Positions 30,783 through 40,893 of a stretch of DNA of 64,000 bases are shown piece by piece. The notes under the pieces are model-generated. The model was not told the origin of the DNA and made no database searches. It worked only from the letters and a program-made list of their open reading frames with translations. Source of the stretch: Terriglobia bacterium (GTDB lineage: Bacteria; Acidobacteriota; Terriglobia; 20CM-2-55-15); assembly GCA_963664115.2 (NCBI GenBank), contig CAXWPJ010000006.1, positions 128,001 to 192,000 on the forward strand. Direction: 5' to 3'. Within the stretch, counting starts at the first letter, position 1; every line of letters starts with the position of its first letter. Made by a program: the position numbers and the translations under genes.

Positions 30783-31269
30783 CGTTGGGTGAAACCTCCA
30801 TATAGAACGAACCGAGTTTGTCTTGGTTTGCTGGCCGGCTGTTTACGGGGACTGGCCCCGCAAGCCGCTTATTCTACATTAGGTTCGAAGTTCTGCACAA
30901 AAGTATTGTGGCAGCGGAATGAGCGATTGGCGGGTATAGCGGTGCCTTGACGGCCTTGAAGAGGCGATCATCGCTCGACTGGCCAATACGCGCCGGCTCG
31001 CCCACATTCCGGTATCCCGGTTATTGAGTATGCCCTGGCGATATTGAAAGAGGTCACCCCAGCGTATCGGCCTGAATCCGAACGTCCTCAACTCGAGGAG
31101 ACGATGTTAAGTTGTCCGCCGCCGATTCTTCTGTAATCCATTGCGGACCAGTGGCCGATTAGACGAGAGAGGACCAGCGATCTGGGCCAGACGAATTTGA
31201 AAGACGACCGGACCGGCTTCGAGTGGCGAAATACAGTCCGTCTGTGTTTCGGAAGGATGAATTAGAGGT

Positions 31270-33114
31270 ATGGCTACGCCTAGAAATAAGGTTCCAATCA
31301 CCCAGGAATCCAATTTCGAGATCCAAGCGTCGCAACCGGCCGGCTTCGGGAAAGTTCCCGGCTTCCGTATCGGCGACATTTTGCTGGACCGGAAACTGAT
31401 CACCGAGGAGCAACTCCGCGACGTGTTGCAACGCCAGAAGTCCTCCGGTAACAGACTCGGGACCTGTCTCCTCCAGATGGGTTTGATCGACGAAGAAACC
31501 CTCGCTCAGACACTGTCCGAACAATACAAAATTCCTTACGTCAACCTGGACCAGGTGGAGCCGGACAAAGAGACGGTTCTCCTAATTCCGAAGAAGCTCG
31601 CCCTACAATGTCAGGCGATACCGCTATCCAGAACCGGCACCTCGCTCCTTGTCGCGATGCTCGATCCATCCAACCTTGCGGCCATTCAGGAGCTGAAGTT
31701 CGCAAGTGGACTTGAAATTCAGGTGTTTGTTGCGCCCGAATCGCAGATTCGTCGCGAGATCCAGAGGTTCTACGATGAGTCGTCCCCGGAGTCCGGTGAT
31801 GAGGAATTGCCCCGGACGGAAGCCGTTGATGGTGAAGTCTATGACCGGCTCCTGCACTCCGATCTGAGCGAGGCGTCAGTAGAGGTCATCGACGAAACTC
31901 CCGAAGCCGTCGACGTATACGCGCTTGAATCCATGTCCGGCGAGGACCGCGTCGTCGATCTGGCGAACCTGATTCTGGTAGACGCCGTGAGGAGGCATGC
32001 CAGCGACATCCACCTGGAGCCCTATGACCGGGAATTCAGGCTGCGATTCAGGACTGATGGTCAGCTCGTGACGGTCATGAATTTACCGCTCACGATCAAG
32101 GACGCTCTGACATCGCGGCTGAAGATCATGGCGCGTTTGGACATTGCGGAGAGAAGGATTCCACAGGACGGCCGGATCCGGCTCAATGTGCGTCTGGGTG
32201 ATGGTGTAAAGGAAATGGACTTCCGCGTATCGATTCTACCCACGCTCTTTGGCGAGAAAATCGTGATGCGGTTGCTGGACAAGGGCAACCTCATGTTCGA
32301 CATGGGTGGCCTCGGATTGGATCATGAATCTCTCGCTCGATTTCAAACGGCGATCCACAAACCGTTCGGGTTAATCCTGGTGACGGGTCCGACTGGAAGT
32401 GGCAAGACCAACACCCTGTACTCGGCGATCTCGCAAATCAACCAGCCGAATGTGAACATCATGACGGCCGAGGATCCGGTCGAATTCACGATGAAGGGTG
32501 TGAACCAGGTGCAGATCAATGAACGGGTTGGAATGAACTTTGCGGCTGCGCTTCGATCGTTCATGAGACAGGATCCGGACGTCGTTCTCATCGGGGAAAT
32601 GCGAGACCGTGAGACCGCCGATATGGCTATCAAGGCCTCGCTCACAGGTCACCTGGTACTCAGCACCGTGCACACCAACAGTGCTCCTGCAGCAATTGAC
32701 CGGCTCGTGAACATGGACATCGAACCCTTCCTGATCGCATCTTCGCTGCAGTTGATCTGCGCGCAACGCCTCGTCCGGCGCATCTGCAACTCCTGTAACG
32801 AAACCGTTTCTGTCGAATCCTCTGTGCTGCGTCAGGCCGGATTTGCGAACCAAGAACTGGAGTCCATCAAGCCTCAGAAAGGGCGCGGTTGTGACGAGTG
32901 TCGGGGTTCGGGCTACAAGGGCCGGGTCGGTCTCTATGAGGTCATGGAGATCAATGAGGACATCAGGAAGTTGATTCTTTCACGTGCGTCCGCCATCGAA
33001 ATCCGTGAAGCGGCCGAACGGAACGGGATGATCACGCTACGGGGTAGTGGGCTGCAGAAAGTGCGGGACGGCGTCACCTCGCTCGAACAGGTGATACAGG
33101 AAACCAGCATCTGA
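31270..33114 (+). CDS. pilB: Type IV pilus / T2SS assembly ATPase (PilB/GspE)
   Basis: MshEN-like N-terminus (RIGDILL..., RLGTCLLQMGLI), GPTGSGKT, RQDPD, GEMRD, four-Cys Zn site. Confidence 0.88.
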   Translation: MATPRNKVPITQESNFEIQASQPAGFGKVPGFRIGDILLDRKLITEEQLRDVLQRQKSSGNRLGTCLLQMGLIDEETLAQTLSEQYKIPYVNLDQVEPDKETVLLIPKKLALQCQAIPLSRTGTSLLVAMLDPSNLAAIQELKFASGLEIQVFVAPESQIRREIQRFYDESSPESGDEELPRTEAVDGEVYDRLLHSDLSEASVEVIDETPEAVDVYALESMSGEDRVVDLANLILVDAVRRHASDIHLEPYDREFRLRFRTDGQLVTVMNLPLTIKDALTSRLKIMARLDIAERRIPQDGRIRLNVRLGDGVKEMDFRVSILPTLFGEKIVMRLLDKGNLMFDMGGLGLDHESLARFQTAIHKPFGLILVTGPTGSGKTNTLYSAISQINQPNVNIMTAEDPVEFTMKGVNQVQINERVGMNFAAALRSFMRQDPDVVLIGEMRDRETADMAIKASLTGHLVLSTVHTNSAPAAIDRLVNMDIEPFLIASSLQLICAQRLVRRICNSCNETVSVESSVLRQAGFANQELESIKPQKGRGCDECRGSGYKGRVGLYEVMEINEDIRKLILSRASAIEIREAAERNGMITLRGSGLQKVRDGVTSLEQVIQETSI

Positions 33115-33237
33115 AGGTTTATGGCCAAGTTAATCAACGCTGACCGAAGCGATGCTTTGTCGGAGAAAGTTGATCAATCTGAATCCAAAGGCCGTCAATT
33201 TGATTCGAGGATGTTAAGTTGATAACGTCGCCCAGTC

Positions 33238-36200
33238 TCACCGTGCCGCTGTTGGGAAATTGATCTCCGCAGTTCCGGCTGGACTGTCGAAGCCAACCGT
33301 CACACGCCACTCGCCCGCCATGGGTAGGTCAATCGTGCCGCGCCACTGCCCGGGCTCGGCGGGCACCACATCTGCAGTCGCATGCATCGCCTGCATCGCT
33401 CCCATTGCCGGCATGAAGAGCTCGACGTTGACATTGGAAGCAGCGACCGGCTGGCCGGTTGCCGCGTCGAGGATCTGGAGGCCAAACGCATTGGCTCCAG
33501 AGCGGAACACGCCCGCTGGGTGCCGCAAGTAAATCTCGAATTCATTCTGCTGTTGTGTATGGATGATTGCGGCCGAAAGGACATCGTCGCCCGCGGGCCG
33601 GTTCATCCAGGCCAGGCCCAATGTTGTCGACAGAACCAAGACCGATGCACGCCCACTTCCGATTGTCGCCCACTTCCAACCCCCAGACACGGCGGGTTCC
33701 CTAGTCACGCCAATCGGTTCCGGCAGGGCCGGATGTGTCAGAATCGCCGACCAACCCTCCATCTCCACCCGCTTCCAGATCGCGAAGATCGCGGGATAAA
33801 TTGTCAATGTGAGGAGGAACGAGGTCACCAGCCCGCCAACCATCGGCGCGGCAACACGCTTCATAACATCGGCACCGATCTCGGTCGTACTGGTCCACAG
33901 GATTGGCATCAGTCCGATCATCGTTGTGCCCACCGCCATGACTTTCGGACGCACGCGCCGGACGGCACCTTCGTGTATCGCTTCTTTCAGGTCGACAAAG
34001 TTGCGCATCTGTCCCACAGCCTTCGCCTTCTCATACGCCAGGTCCAGGTACAGCAGCATGACGGCCCCGGTCTCTGCCGCCAGTCCCGCCAGGGCGATCA
34101 TCCCGACCCAGACAGCAATACTCAGGTTGTAGTCGAGCAGGTAAAGAAGCCAGAAACCGCCGATCAGGGAAAAGGGTATCGCCATCAGGAGCATCACAGT
34201 TTTTCGCCAGTCTCTAAAATTCATGTACAAGAGGAAGAACACGAGGAACAACGTCAGCGGGATGACGACTCCGAGCCTCTCCCGCATTCGCTGCAGATAC
34301 TGATACTGACCTGCCCACTCCAGCCGGTATCCTGCCGGGAGCGTGACCTCCCTGCTGATGATCTGCTGTGCCCGCTCGACATAGCCTTCGTAGTCGGGGT
34401 CACTCACGTCCACGAACACGTACCCGACTAGTTGCGCGTTCTCGTCCCGGATCATCGATGGGCCCGTGGTATAGGTGATGTCGGCCACGAGCGATATGGG
34501 AATCTGAGCGCCCGAGGGTGTAGGAACGAGCAGCTGTCCCAGGCGGTCGGGATCGTCCCGAAGCTCCCGGAGGTAACGGACGTTGATGGGGTATCGCTCC
34601 CTGCCCTCAATCGCGTACGACACATCCTTGCCGCCGACTGCGGTTTCAATGATGTCCTGAACATCCTGGACAGTAAGGCCGTAGCGTGCTGCCTCCCCAC
34701 GGCGTACCGTGAAGTCCAGGAAATATCCACCGGTTACGCGGTCCGCAAACGCGCTGCGCGTGCCTTCGACGTTGGCAAGCGCGTTCTCGATATCGAGTGC
34801 GACACTCTCGATGGTATTGAGGTCGCTGCCGAAGACTTTGATCCCCAGGTTGCTGCGGATCCCGGTATTGAGCATCTCGGTCCGTGTCTGTATCGGCATC
34901 CACCAGATATTGGTCATGCCGGGTACCTTTACTTGCGGGTCGAGCTCTGCTATCAGCTCGTCCCATGACATCGGCCGTTCTTCAGGCCACAGCCGGTTGA
35001 GCAGGGGCCGCAGCCAGTCCGGAGCACCTTCCGAGTACCAGCGGTCCTCCCTCACAGTGCGCCACTCGCTCTGGTCTTTCAGCAACACGGTTGTTTCCGC
35101 CATGCTCAGTGGCGCGGAATCGGTCGACGTGGTCGCTCGCCCGATCTTTCCAAACACTCGTTCGACTTCAGGTGCCTCGGCGAGAATCCGGTCCTGGATT
35201 TGAAGAATCCGTCCGGCTTCGGCGATCGGCATACCCGGAACTGCCGTCGGCATGAATAAAATTGAGCCCTCGTTCAAGGGAGGCATGAACTCGGATCCCA
35301 GACGCTGGAATACCGGAATGGTCGACAGGCCCAAAACTAAGGCCACTATGATGACCGTTTTGGGAAAGCGCACCACGAAGTTTAAGACCGGCGTATACAA
35401 CCAGAACAGAAATCTGCTGATCGGGTGCTTGTCTTCGGACCGAATGCGACCCCGGATCAGGAGGACCCCAAGGGCGGGAACCAAGGTGACTGCCAGAATG
35501 GCGGCGAAGGCCATTGAAAATGTTTTCGTGTAGGCGAGCGGTTTGAAGAGGCGGCCCTCCTGAGCCTGGAGCGTGAAAACCGGCAAGAAAGAAACGGTAA
35601 TCACAAGCAGCGCAAAGAAGATCGTTCGCCCCACTTCCTGAAAGGATGAGATCAAGACCTCAATTCGCTTGCCGGGCCGGCCCTCCCGTTCCCAGTGATT
35701 CAGTCTCTTGTGAGCGTTCTCGACCAGAACGATCGAGGCGTCGACCATCGCACCAATGGCAACGGCAATCCCTCCCAACGACATGATGCTGGCGGTCAGA
35801 CCCATGTAGTACATCGGGATGAACGACAGGGCAACGGCAATGGGGAGGACGATAATCGCCACCAGCGACGTGCCTAAATGGAGCAGGAACAAGATGATGA
35901 CGATGCTGACGACGACCATCTCTTGGGTCAGGGCGTTGCGAAGCGTATCGATCGCGCGCAGGATCAGTTCAGATCTGTCGTAGGTTGTGACGATTCGAAC
36001 ACCGGCGGGCAGCGTGGACTCGATTTCAGCCAGGCGTTGCTTGACGCCCCTGATCACGTCGATCGCGTCTTCGCCGTAACGCATCACGACAATACCGCCA
36101 ACTGCTTCACCGCGGCCATCGAGTTCGGCGACGCCACGGCGCATGGCGGGTCCGAGTTGCACGGTGCCCAGGTCCCGCACGAGGATGGGGGTTCCCGACG

Positions 36201-36954
36201 GACTCACATGGACCGGCACCTGTTCCAGATCCTGGGTCGAACTCACATAGCCGCGGCCACGCACCATGTACTCGGTCGTCGCGATTTCCAACGATCTGCC
36301 GCCCACGTCGCTGTTGCTGCGCCGAATCGCGTCGATGACCTGGCTGAGTGAGATGTTGTAGCCCAGGAGCTTATTCGGATCGACATTCACCTGGTACTGC
36401 TTCACGAACCCGCCGACGCTGGCCACCTCGGCGACGCCGTCCACGGCCTCCAGGGCGTAGCGCAGCGTCCAATCCTGAAAACTGCGCAGCTGCTGCAGGT
36501 CCATCTGGCCGGTCTCGTCCACCAGAGCGTACTGGAACACCCAACCGACAGCGGTGGCGTCAGGACCGAGTGCCGGATTGACGCCTTCGGGAAGCTGACC
36601 GCTAATCTTACTGAGGTATTCGATCACCCGGCTACGTGCCCAGTAAATGTCGGTTCCGTCCTCGAAGATGATGTATACGTAGGAAAAGCCAAAGTCGGAC
36701 AGACCCCGTACCAATTGGACCTCGGGCGCCGCGACCATCGAGCTGACGATGGGGTAGGTGATCTGATCTTCGACCAGATCCGGACTTTGTCCAGCCCACT
36801 CAGTAAAAACGATTACCTGCGTGTCGGACAGGTCGGGAACTGCATCGAGAGGGACGTTCACCAATGCCCAAAGCCCCCACGCGAGAGCGAACGCGACCAG
36901 TACGAAGACGAGGAAGCGCTGGCGGGCGCTGAAATCGATGAGACGCTCTATCAT
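33238..36954 (-). CDS. cusA: CusA/CzcA heavy-metal RND permease with C-terminal FixH/YtkA-like extension
   Basis: DAVPDLSDTQVIVFTEW, GSEFMPPLNEG, GAVRRVRPKVM; extra tail with ELFMPAMGAMQAMH...MAGEWRVTV. Confidence 0.93.
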   Translation of the reverse strand: MIERLIDFSARQRFLVFVLVAFALAWGLWALVNVPLDAVPDLSDTQVIVFTEWAGQSPDLVEDQITYPIVSSMVAAPEVQLVRGLSDFGFSYVYIIFEDGTDIYWARSRVIEYLSKISGQLPEGVNPALGPDATAVGWVFQYALVDETGQMDLQQLRSFQDWTLRYALEAVDGVAEVASVGGFVKQYQVNVDPNKLLGYNISLSQVIDAIRRSNSDVGGRSLEIATTEYMVRGRGYVSSTQDLEQVPVHVSPSGTPILVRDLGTVQLGPAMRRGVAELDGRGEAVGGIVVMRYGEDAIDVIRGVKQRLAEIESTLPAGVRIVTTYDRSELILRAIDTLRNALTQEMVVVSIVIILFLLHLGTSLVAIIVLPIAVALSFIPMYYMGLTASIMSLGGIAVAIGAMVDASIVLVENAHKRLNHWEREGRPGKRIEVLISSFQEVGRTIFFALLVITVSFLPVFTLQAQEGRLFKPLAYTKTFSMAFAAILAVTLVPALGVLLIRGRIRSEDKHPISRFLFWLYTPVLNFVVRFPKTVIIVALVLGLSTIPVFQRLGSEFMPPLNEGSILFMPTAVPGMPIAEAGRILQIQDRILAEAPEVERVFGKIGRATTSTDSAPLSMAETTVLLKDQSEWRTVREDRWYSEGAPDWLRPLLNRLWPEERPMSWDELIAELDPQVKVPGMTNIWWMPIQTRTEMLNTGIRSNLGIKVFGSDLNTIESVALDIENALANVEGTRSAFADRVTGGYFLDFTVRRGEAARYGLTVQDVQDIIETAVGGKDVSYAIEGRERYPINVRYLRELRDDPDRLGQLLVPTPSGAQIPISLVADITYTTGPSMIRDENAQLVGYVFVDVSDPDYEGYVERAQQIISREVTLPAGYRLEWAGQYQYLQRMRERLGVVIPLTLFLVFFLLYMNFRDWRKTVMLLMAIPFSLIGGFWLLYLLDYNLSIAVWVGMIALAGLAAETGAVMLLYLDLAYEKAKAVGQMRNFVDLKEAIHEGAVRRVRPKVMAVGTTMIGLMPILWTSTTEIGADVMKRVAAPMVGGLVTSFLLTLTIYPAIFAIWKRVEMEGWSAILTHPALPEPIGVTREPAVSGGWKWATIGSGRASVLVLSTTLGLAWMNRPAGDDVLSAAIIHTQQQNEFEIYLRHPAGVFRSGANAFGLQILDAATGQPVAASNVNVELFMPAMGAMQAMHATADVVPAEPGQWRGTIDLPMAGEWRVTVGFDSPAGTAEINFPTAAR

Positions 36955-38417
36955 TGCGGGTTCTCGCCCTGCCAGACGGGCTCCGCCGCCTGCAACTTGC
37001 TTTCCGCGTCGATCAGGAAGTTACCGGAAGTCACGACAAGCTCGCCCTCGACGAGACCTCCAAGTATCTCGAAGTGATCACTGACCTTCGCTCCGAGTTG
37101 AACGTTCCGGATTTCCATGCGTCCCTCGCCGCGGTCGACGAAGACGATGTTCCGCAACCCGGTCGGCAACACCGCGGATTCGGGCACCATCAGCCGGCGT
37201 CCCATTGACGCACTTAACTCGACATCGGCGTACATTCCCGGCTTGAGCGTGAGATCGGCATTCGCGAACTCGACACGAAGCGTCAGCGTCCGCGTACGTT
37301 CGTTCACATGCGGATCGATGAAAGTTACGCGGCCCGCGAACTCGCGTCCCGGGAGAGCCTGGACTCGCATCACGGCGCGCAGTCCAGTCCGCACCCACGC
37401 GATGTCGTTTTCGTACACGTCCGCCTTGACCCAAACGACGGAGTGGTCCGCAATTTCATAGAGTTTCGTTTCCGGCGTGACGTGCTGGCCTGGGAAGGCA
37501 TTTCGGGTCATGACGTGACCCGTGAATGGTGAATAGATCGTCATTGTCCGGAATGGTTCCCGAGCTTCCTCAAGTTGCTCGATCTGTTCGGGAGTGATGT
37601 CCCACAGCTCCAGGCGCCGCCGCGCCGCCCGAACCAGGTCTTGGGCACCCAATGCCACGGACGGAAACCTGCTCTCGCCCAGCATGTCCAGACCCCGCAG
37701 GGCCAGCAGGTACTCCTCCTGTGTGGCAACGAGTTCGGGGCTGTACAACGTGAACAGAGCGTCGCCGTTCTGGACGTGCTGGTACTGGAAATCCACGAAA
37801 GACTCCTCGATCCAACCTGCGACCTTGGGATGCACTTCGCTCATTCGTGTCTCGTCGAGCGCCACGGTTCCGATCGTGCGCAGCGTCCGATCGAAGGTCT
37901 CATACCTTACCGGAGACGTCCGGACGCCTATAAATTGCTGGCGGCCCGAATCAACGAAAAACATCGCCTGGTCCTGATTCGGAGTGGGGACGGTGCCCTG
38001 GGTGGCCTCCCCCGAAATCGCAAACACCTGAATCGTGTTCTCTCCTGGGTTGGTGGCATCAAGTGTCTCTATCCGGAACTCGATGCCATCGTCAACCGTG
38101 AAGGCTTCGAGCTCTACGTCGTCAGACACAGGAAACGTCATCGTCATAGCGCCCATCAGACCCGGGATCTGCTCATGAGCAATTGCGAGCTGACGGTCGT
38201 CGATCTGGATGTCACGGATCACGCCCTGTCCGACGTAGGGGTCCTCGCGTGTCCCTCGAGGGGTGGAATCTCTCATCCCGGCATCCGCAGGCACGCCCGG
38301 CTCGGACGCGGCATCCCTCGAAAGATACTGACGATATAGATCGCGGTAGAGGTAGACGGATCCCACCGCCACCGCCACCACCGCCACCATTGCAGCCTTC
38401 AATAGAATGCGTTTCAT
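36951..38417 (-). CDS. cusB: CusB-type periplasmic adaptor with N-terminal CusF-like domain
   Basis: IAHEQIPGLMGAMTMTF (CusF-like H/M/M site); YSPELVATQEEYL; VTSGNFLIDAES. Confidence 0.9.
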   Translation of the reverse strand: MKRILLKAAMVAVVAVAVGSVYLYRDLYRQYLSRDAASEPGVPADAGMRDSTPRGTREDPYVGQGVIRDIQIDDRQLAIAHEQIPGLMGAMTMTFPVSDDVELEAFTVDDGIEFRIETLDATNPGENTIQVFAISGEATQGTVPTPNQDQAMFFVDSGRQQFIGVRTSPVRYETFDRTLRTIGTVALDETRMSEVHPKVAGWIEESFVDFQYQHVQNGDALFTLYSPELVATQEEYLLALRGLDMLGESRFPSVALGAQDLVRAARRRLELWDITPEQIEQLEEAREPFRTMTIYSPFTGHVMTRNAFPGQHVTPETKLYEIADHSVVWVKADVYENDIAWVRTGLRAVMRVQALPGREFAGRVTFIDPHVNERTRTLTLRVEFANADLTLKPGMYADVELSASMGRRLMVPESAVLPTGLRNIVFVDRGEGRMEIRNVQLGAKVSDHFEILGGLVEGELVVTSGNFLIDAESKLQAAEPVWQGENPQ

Positions 38418-39136
38418 TGGATACTCCCCCGATAGGTCTGAATCTGAGGCTCGTAAACCTTGTTCCAGATGTGTTGGTATGTATCCCTGTTCAAGGGAAT
38501 CTTCAGATCGAAATGGAAGGTTTCCTCTCTGGTCGAGATCCGCAGATCGAATTCGTTAGTTGATGCAAACGATTCCACGTCGGCCAAGCGCCAGATGCGG
38601 GAATCGTTTGGATTGTCGGTGACGTAGATGATCCTGTTCTCCGTGACGTCAATGATCCCCTGACAGCCCCCGAAAAGATGGTCATGGCGGACTGGAAATT
38701 CTTGCACGACCTGGTCCGCCGCGGCCGCGAAAGTTCCACTTGAGCTATCAGTGTCGGAAGTGTTGCCGGGGATTATCCGAGTACGAATGGGTCGGAGACT
38801 GCGTGCTTCCAGATATGCGTACACATCCCCATCGAGGGAATCGTCGTTCAGGCGAAACGCGAAAGCTCTATCCCCCCAAAGTTTGAGAATCCCATCGCTT
38901 TCATAGGTGTGAATACGAATTTCGCTGGCCGAAACGATCTCGAACGACTCCACTTCTGGATAATTCCAATCACGCGCGTGATCATCGTTCGACGTTTCGT
39001 ATCTAATCGAATCTTCGGAGATAAGCAGTTGGCCCTCACACGCGCCAAACATGTGATCATGACGCACATCGAGAGTCCATCCAGGTGGTGTCGGGCCCGA
39101 CTGCGCCATCAACAGAAACAACAGAAACGCCGTCAT
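38414..39136 (-). CDS. Secreted hypothetical protein with two internal repeats (VRHDHxFGxC)
   Basis: ATGA overlaps with both neighbours; repeated ~70-aa unit. Confidence 0.8.
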   Translation of the reverse strand: MTAFLLFLLMAQSGPTPPGWTLDVRHDHMFGACEGQLLISEDSIRYETSNDDHARDWNYPEVESFEIVSASEIRIHTYESDGILKLWGDRAFAFRLNDDSLDGDVYAYLEARSLRPIRTRIIPGNTSDTDSSSGTFAAAADQVVQEFPVRHDHLFGGCQGIIDVTENRIIYVTDNPNDSRIWRLADVESFASTNEFDLRISTREETFHFDLKIPLNRDTYQHIWNKVYEPQIQTYRGSIQ

Positions 39137-40386
39137 TCGGAACCTCCAGTCTGAAGCAACTCGAGACCCGTCAGTTCTTCGAGACCGGCCAGCGCCTTCT
39201 CGTGTTCGACGAGTTGCGCGTAGTATTCGACCTCGAAGTCCAACAGCGCCGACCAGTTGTCCAGGACACCGAGGAAATCGATGTCACCGACACGATAGGC
39301 AGTCAGCGACGACTCCAACGTCAACGATGCTTGAGGAATGACCGCTTCGCGATACAGGCTTTCCAGACGATCGGTCCTCTCAACCAGAAGGTACAGATCC
39401 CTCACCTGGCGGAAGAGCGCCTGGCCTGTCGCCTCGAACTCGTTTCGCGACATTTGAAGCGTCGATCCTGCCTGTTCGACCGCACGCCGTTCCTTTTGCC
39501 AGAAGAACAGCGGGATGTCGGTCGAGATCGATACCTCCCACATATCATCGAAAGCGCCCATGAACATGCGGCCGACCTTCACGTCGAAGTCTGGAAGATG
39601 TTCCTTCCGAGCCAACCGGAGAGCGCTGGCGTCGCGATCAATATTGAGCCGGCGCGAATCGAGAATGGGATTGGCTTCTTCGGCAACGGCGTAAAGCTGT
39701 TCAGACGAATAGTCGAGGATTGACGGGCTCAGTTCGCTAGCAGAGCGCACCAATGTATCCGGAGGCCGGTGCAATAGCTGATTGATGTGCGCCGCAAGCG
39801 AACCGGCCTGCTCGGTGAGGACAGCCATCCGGTCTTCCAGCAGCGTCTCTTCCACCTGCGCGCGCAGGACATCCTGCTGCAGTCCCGACCCAACCTCATA
39901 GCGGCTTCTTGCAACACTAACGAAACGGTTCAGGAGCACACGGCTCTGCTCGACGGTTTCGATCGACCGTTCCACGTGGTAGAGATCGAAGTACGCGCGC
40001 TTCAGTTCGCTCATGACCCGCAGCCTCACCGCGTCATACAGCCGGCCCTCACGGTCGGCTTCCGCCCGAGCGATTTCCCCTCGCAAGCCGAGTTTGCCAG
40101 GGAAAGGAAGACGCTGGGTGACCATGGGTTCTACGAAACTCATCGGATTCTCACCGAGAGATGTGCCGGGCAGCGGACTGCCGGAGTTCCAATATCCGAA
40201 GCTGACAATCGGATTCGGGAGCGCACGGGCCTGCGATGGTCGCGCCGTTGCTGCCTCCCAGCGCCGACTGGCAGCTTGAATCTCGGGGTTTTGCCGCAGC
40301 GCGATCCGTACCAAGTCATCGAGATCGTTGGACATCGGCGGCGAAAGCTGTGCAAACAGAATTAATAACGCAAAGAAACCAGGCAT
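39133..40386 (-). CDS. TolC/CusC family outer membrane efflux protein
   Basis: ALRQNPEIQAA, QRLPFPGKLGLRG, RYEVGSGLQQDVLRAQVE, IPLFFWQK. Confidence 0.9.
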   Translation of the reverse strand: MPGFFALLILFAQLSPPMSNDLDDLVRIALRQNPEIQAASRRWEAATARPSQARALPNPIVSFGYWNSGSPLPGTSLGENPMSFVEPMVTQRLPFPGKLGLRGEIARAEADREGRLYDAVRLRVMSELKRAYFDLYHVERSIETVEQSRVLLNRFVSVARSRYEVGSGLQQDVLRAQVEETLLEDRMAVLTEQAGSLAAHINQLLHRPPDTLVRSASELSPSILDYSSEQLYAVAEEANPILDSRRLNIDRDASALRLARKEHLPDFDVKVGRMFMGAFDDMWEVSISTDIPLFFWQKERRAVEQAGSTLQMSRNEFEATGQALFRQVRDLYLLVERTDRLESLYREAVIPQASLTLESSLTAYRVGDIDFLGVLDNWSALLDFEVEYYAQLVEHEKALAGLEELTGLELLQTGGSE

Positions 40387-40454
40387 AGGGCACCAACCTC
40401 ACTTCTTGAGACAGAAAGAGATTCGGAACAACAAGAGGGCAGTCAGTGCCTGTT

Positions 40455-40823
40455 CTAGATCAGGAAAGTACTATTCAGGAGAAAAACGGGCGGTGAAACT
40501 GTAGCTAAGACGAGTGGTAATTCCTCGTCGAACTCGAACGCCGGAATCTCATTCGAGAAGGAAACTGGGTTGGACGACGGGAGAATGGCAAGACCTATAG
40601 GAGCGCTGAGGCCGACGTTCGTCGGCAGGGTCGCGCTTTCGACACAAGCCAGGCAGCAGTCGTGATTCGAACCCAGCGCTGGCCCCTCGAAGTCCTCCAT
40701 TGGCATCGGGCAGGTCGGCATCCCCGGAGCCCCCATAACGCAGAGCGTCACAAATATGTTCACTCCCAGGAATCCCAGGAGAAGCATTCCGGCTATGGGC
40801 TTGGAGAGGATTTGCATTACCAA
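40455..40823 (-). CDS. Small Cys/Met-rich protein upstream of the cus operon
   Basis: TM helix, CPMPM, HDCCLAC, C-terminal SPPVFLLNSTFLI. Confidence 0.65.
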   Translation of the reverse strand: MVMQILSKPIAGMLLLGFLGVNIFVTLCVMGAPGMPTCPMPMEDFEGPALGSNHDCCLACVESATLPTNVGLSAPIGLAILPSSNPVSFSNEIPAFEFDEELPLVLATVSPPVFLLNSTFLI

Positions 40824-40893
40824 AGAATCATATCATGGCAGGGTAAAGTTGAACTGTTCGGGGACTTGCTCGCAGCCCTCTACGGCCTCTAAG

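Noticed and set aside
30893-30913. NtrC site or sigma54 promoter for glnA
   Set aside because: TGCACAAAAGTATTGTGGCA has non-standard spacing and no convincing -24/-12 element was found
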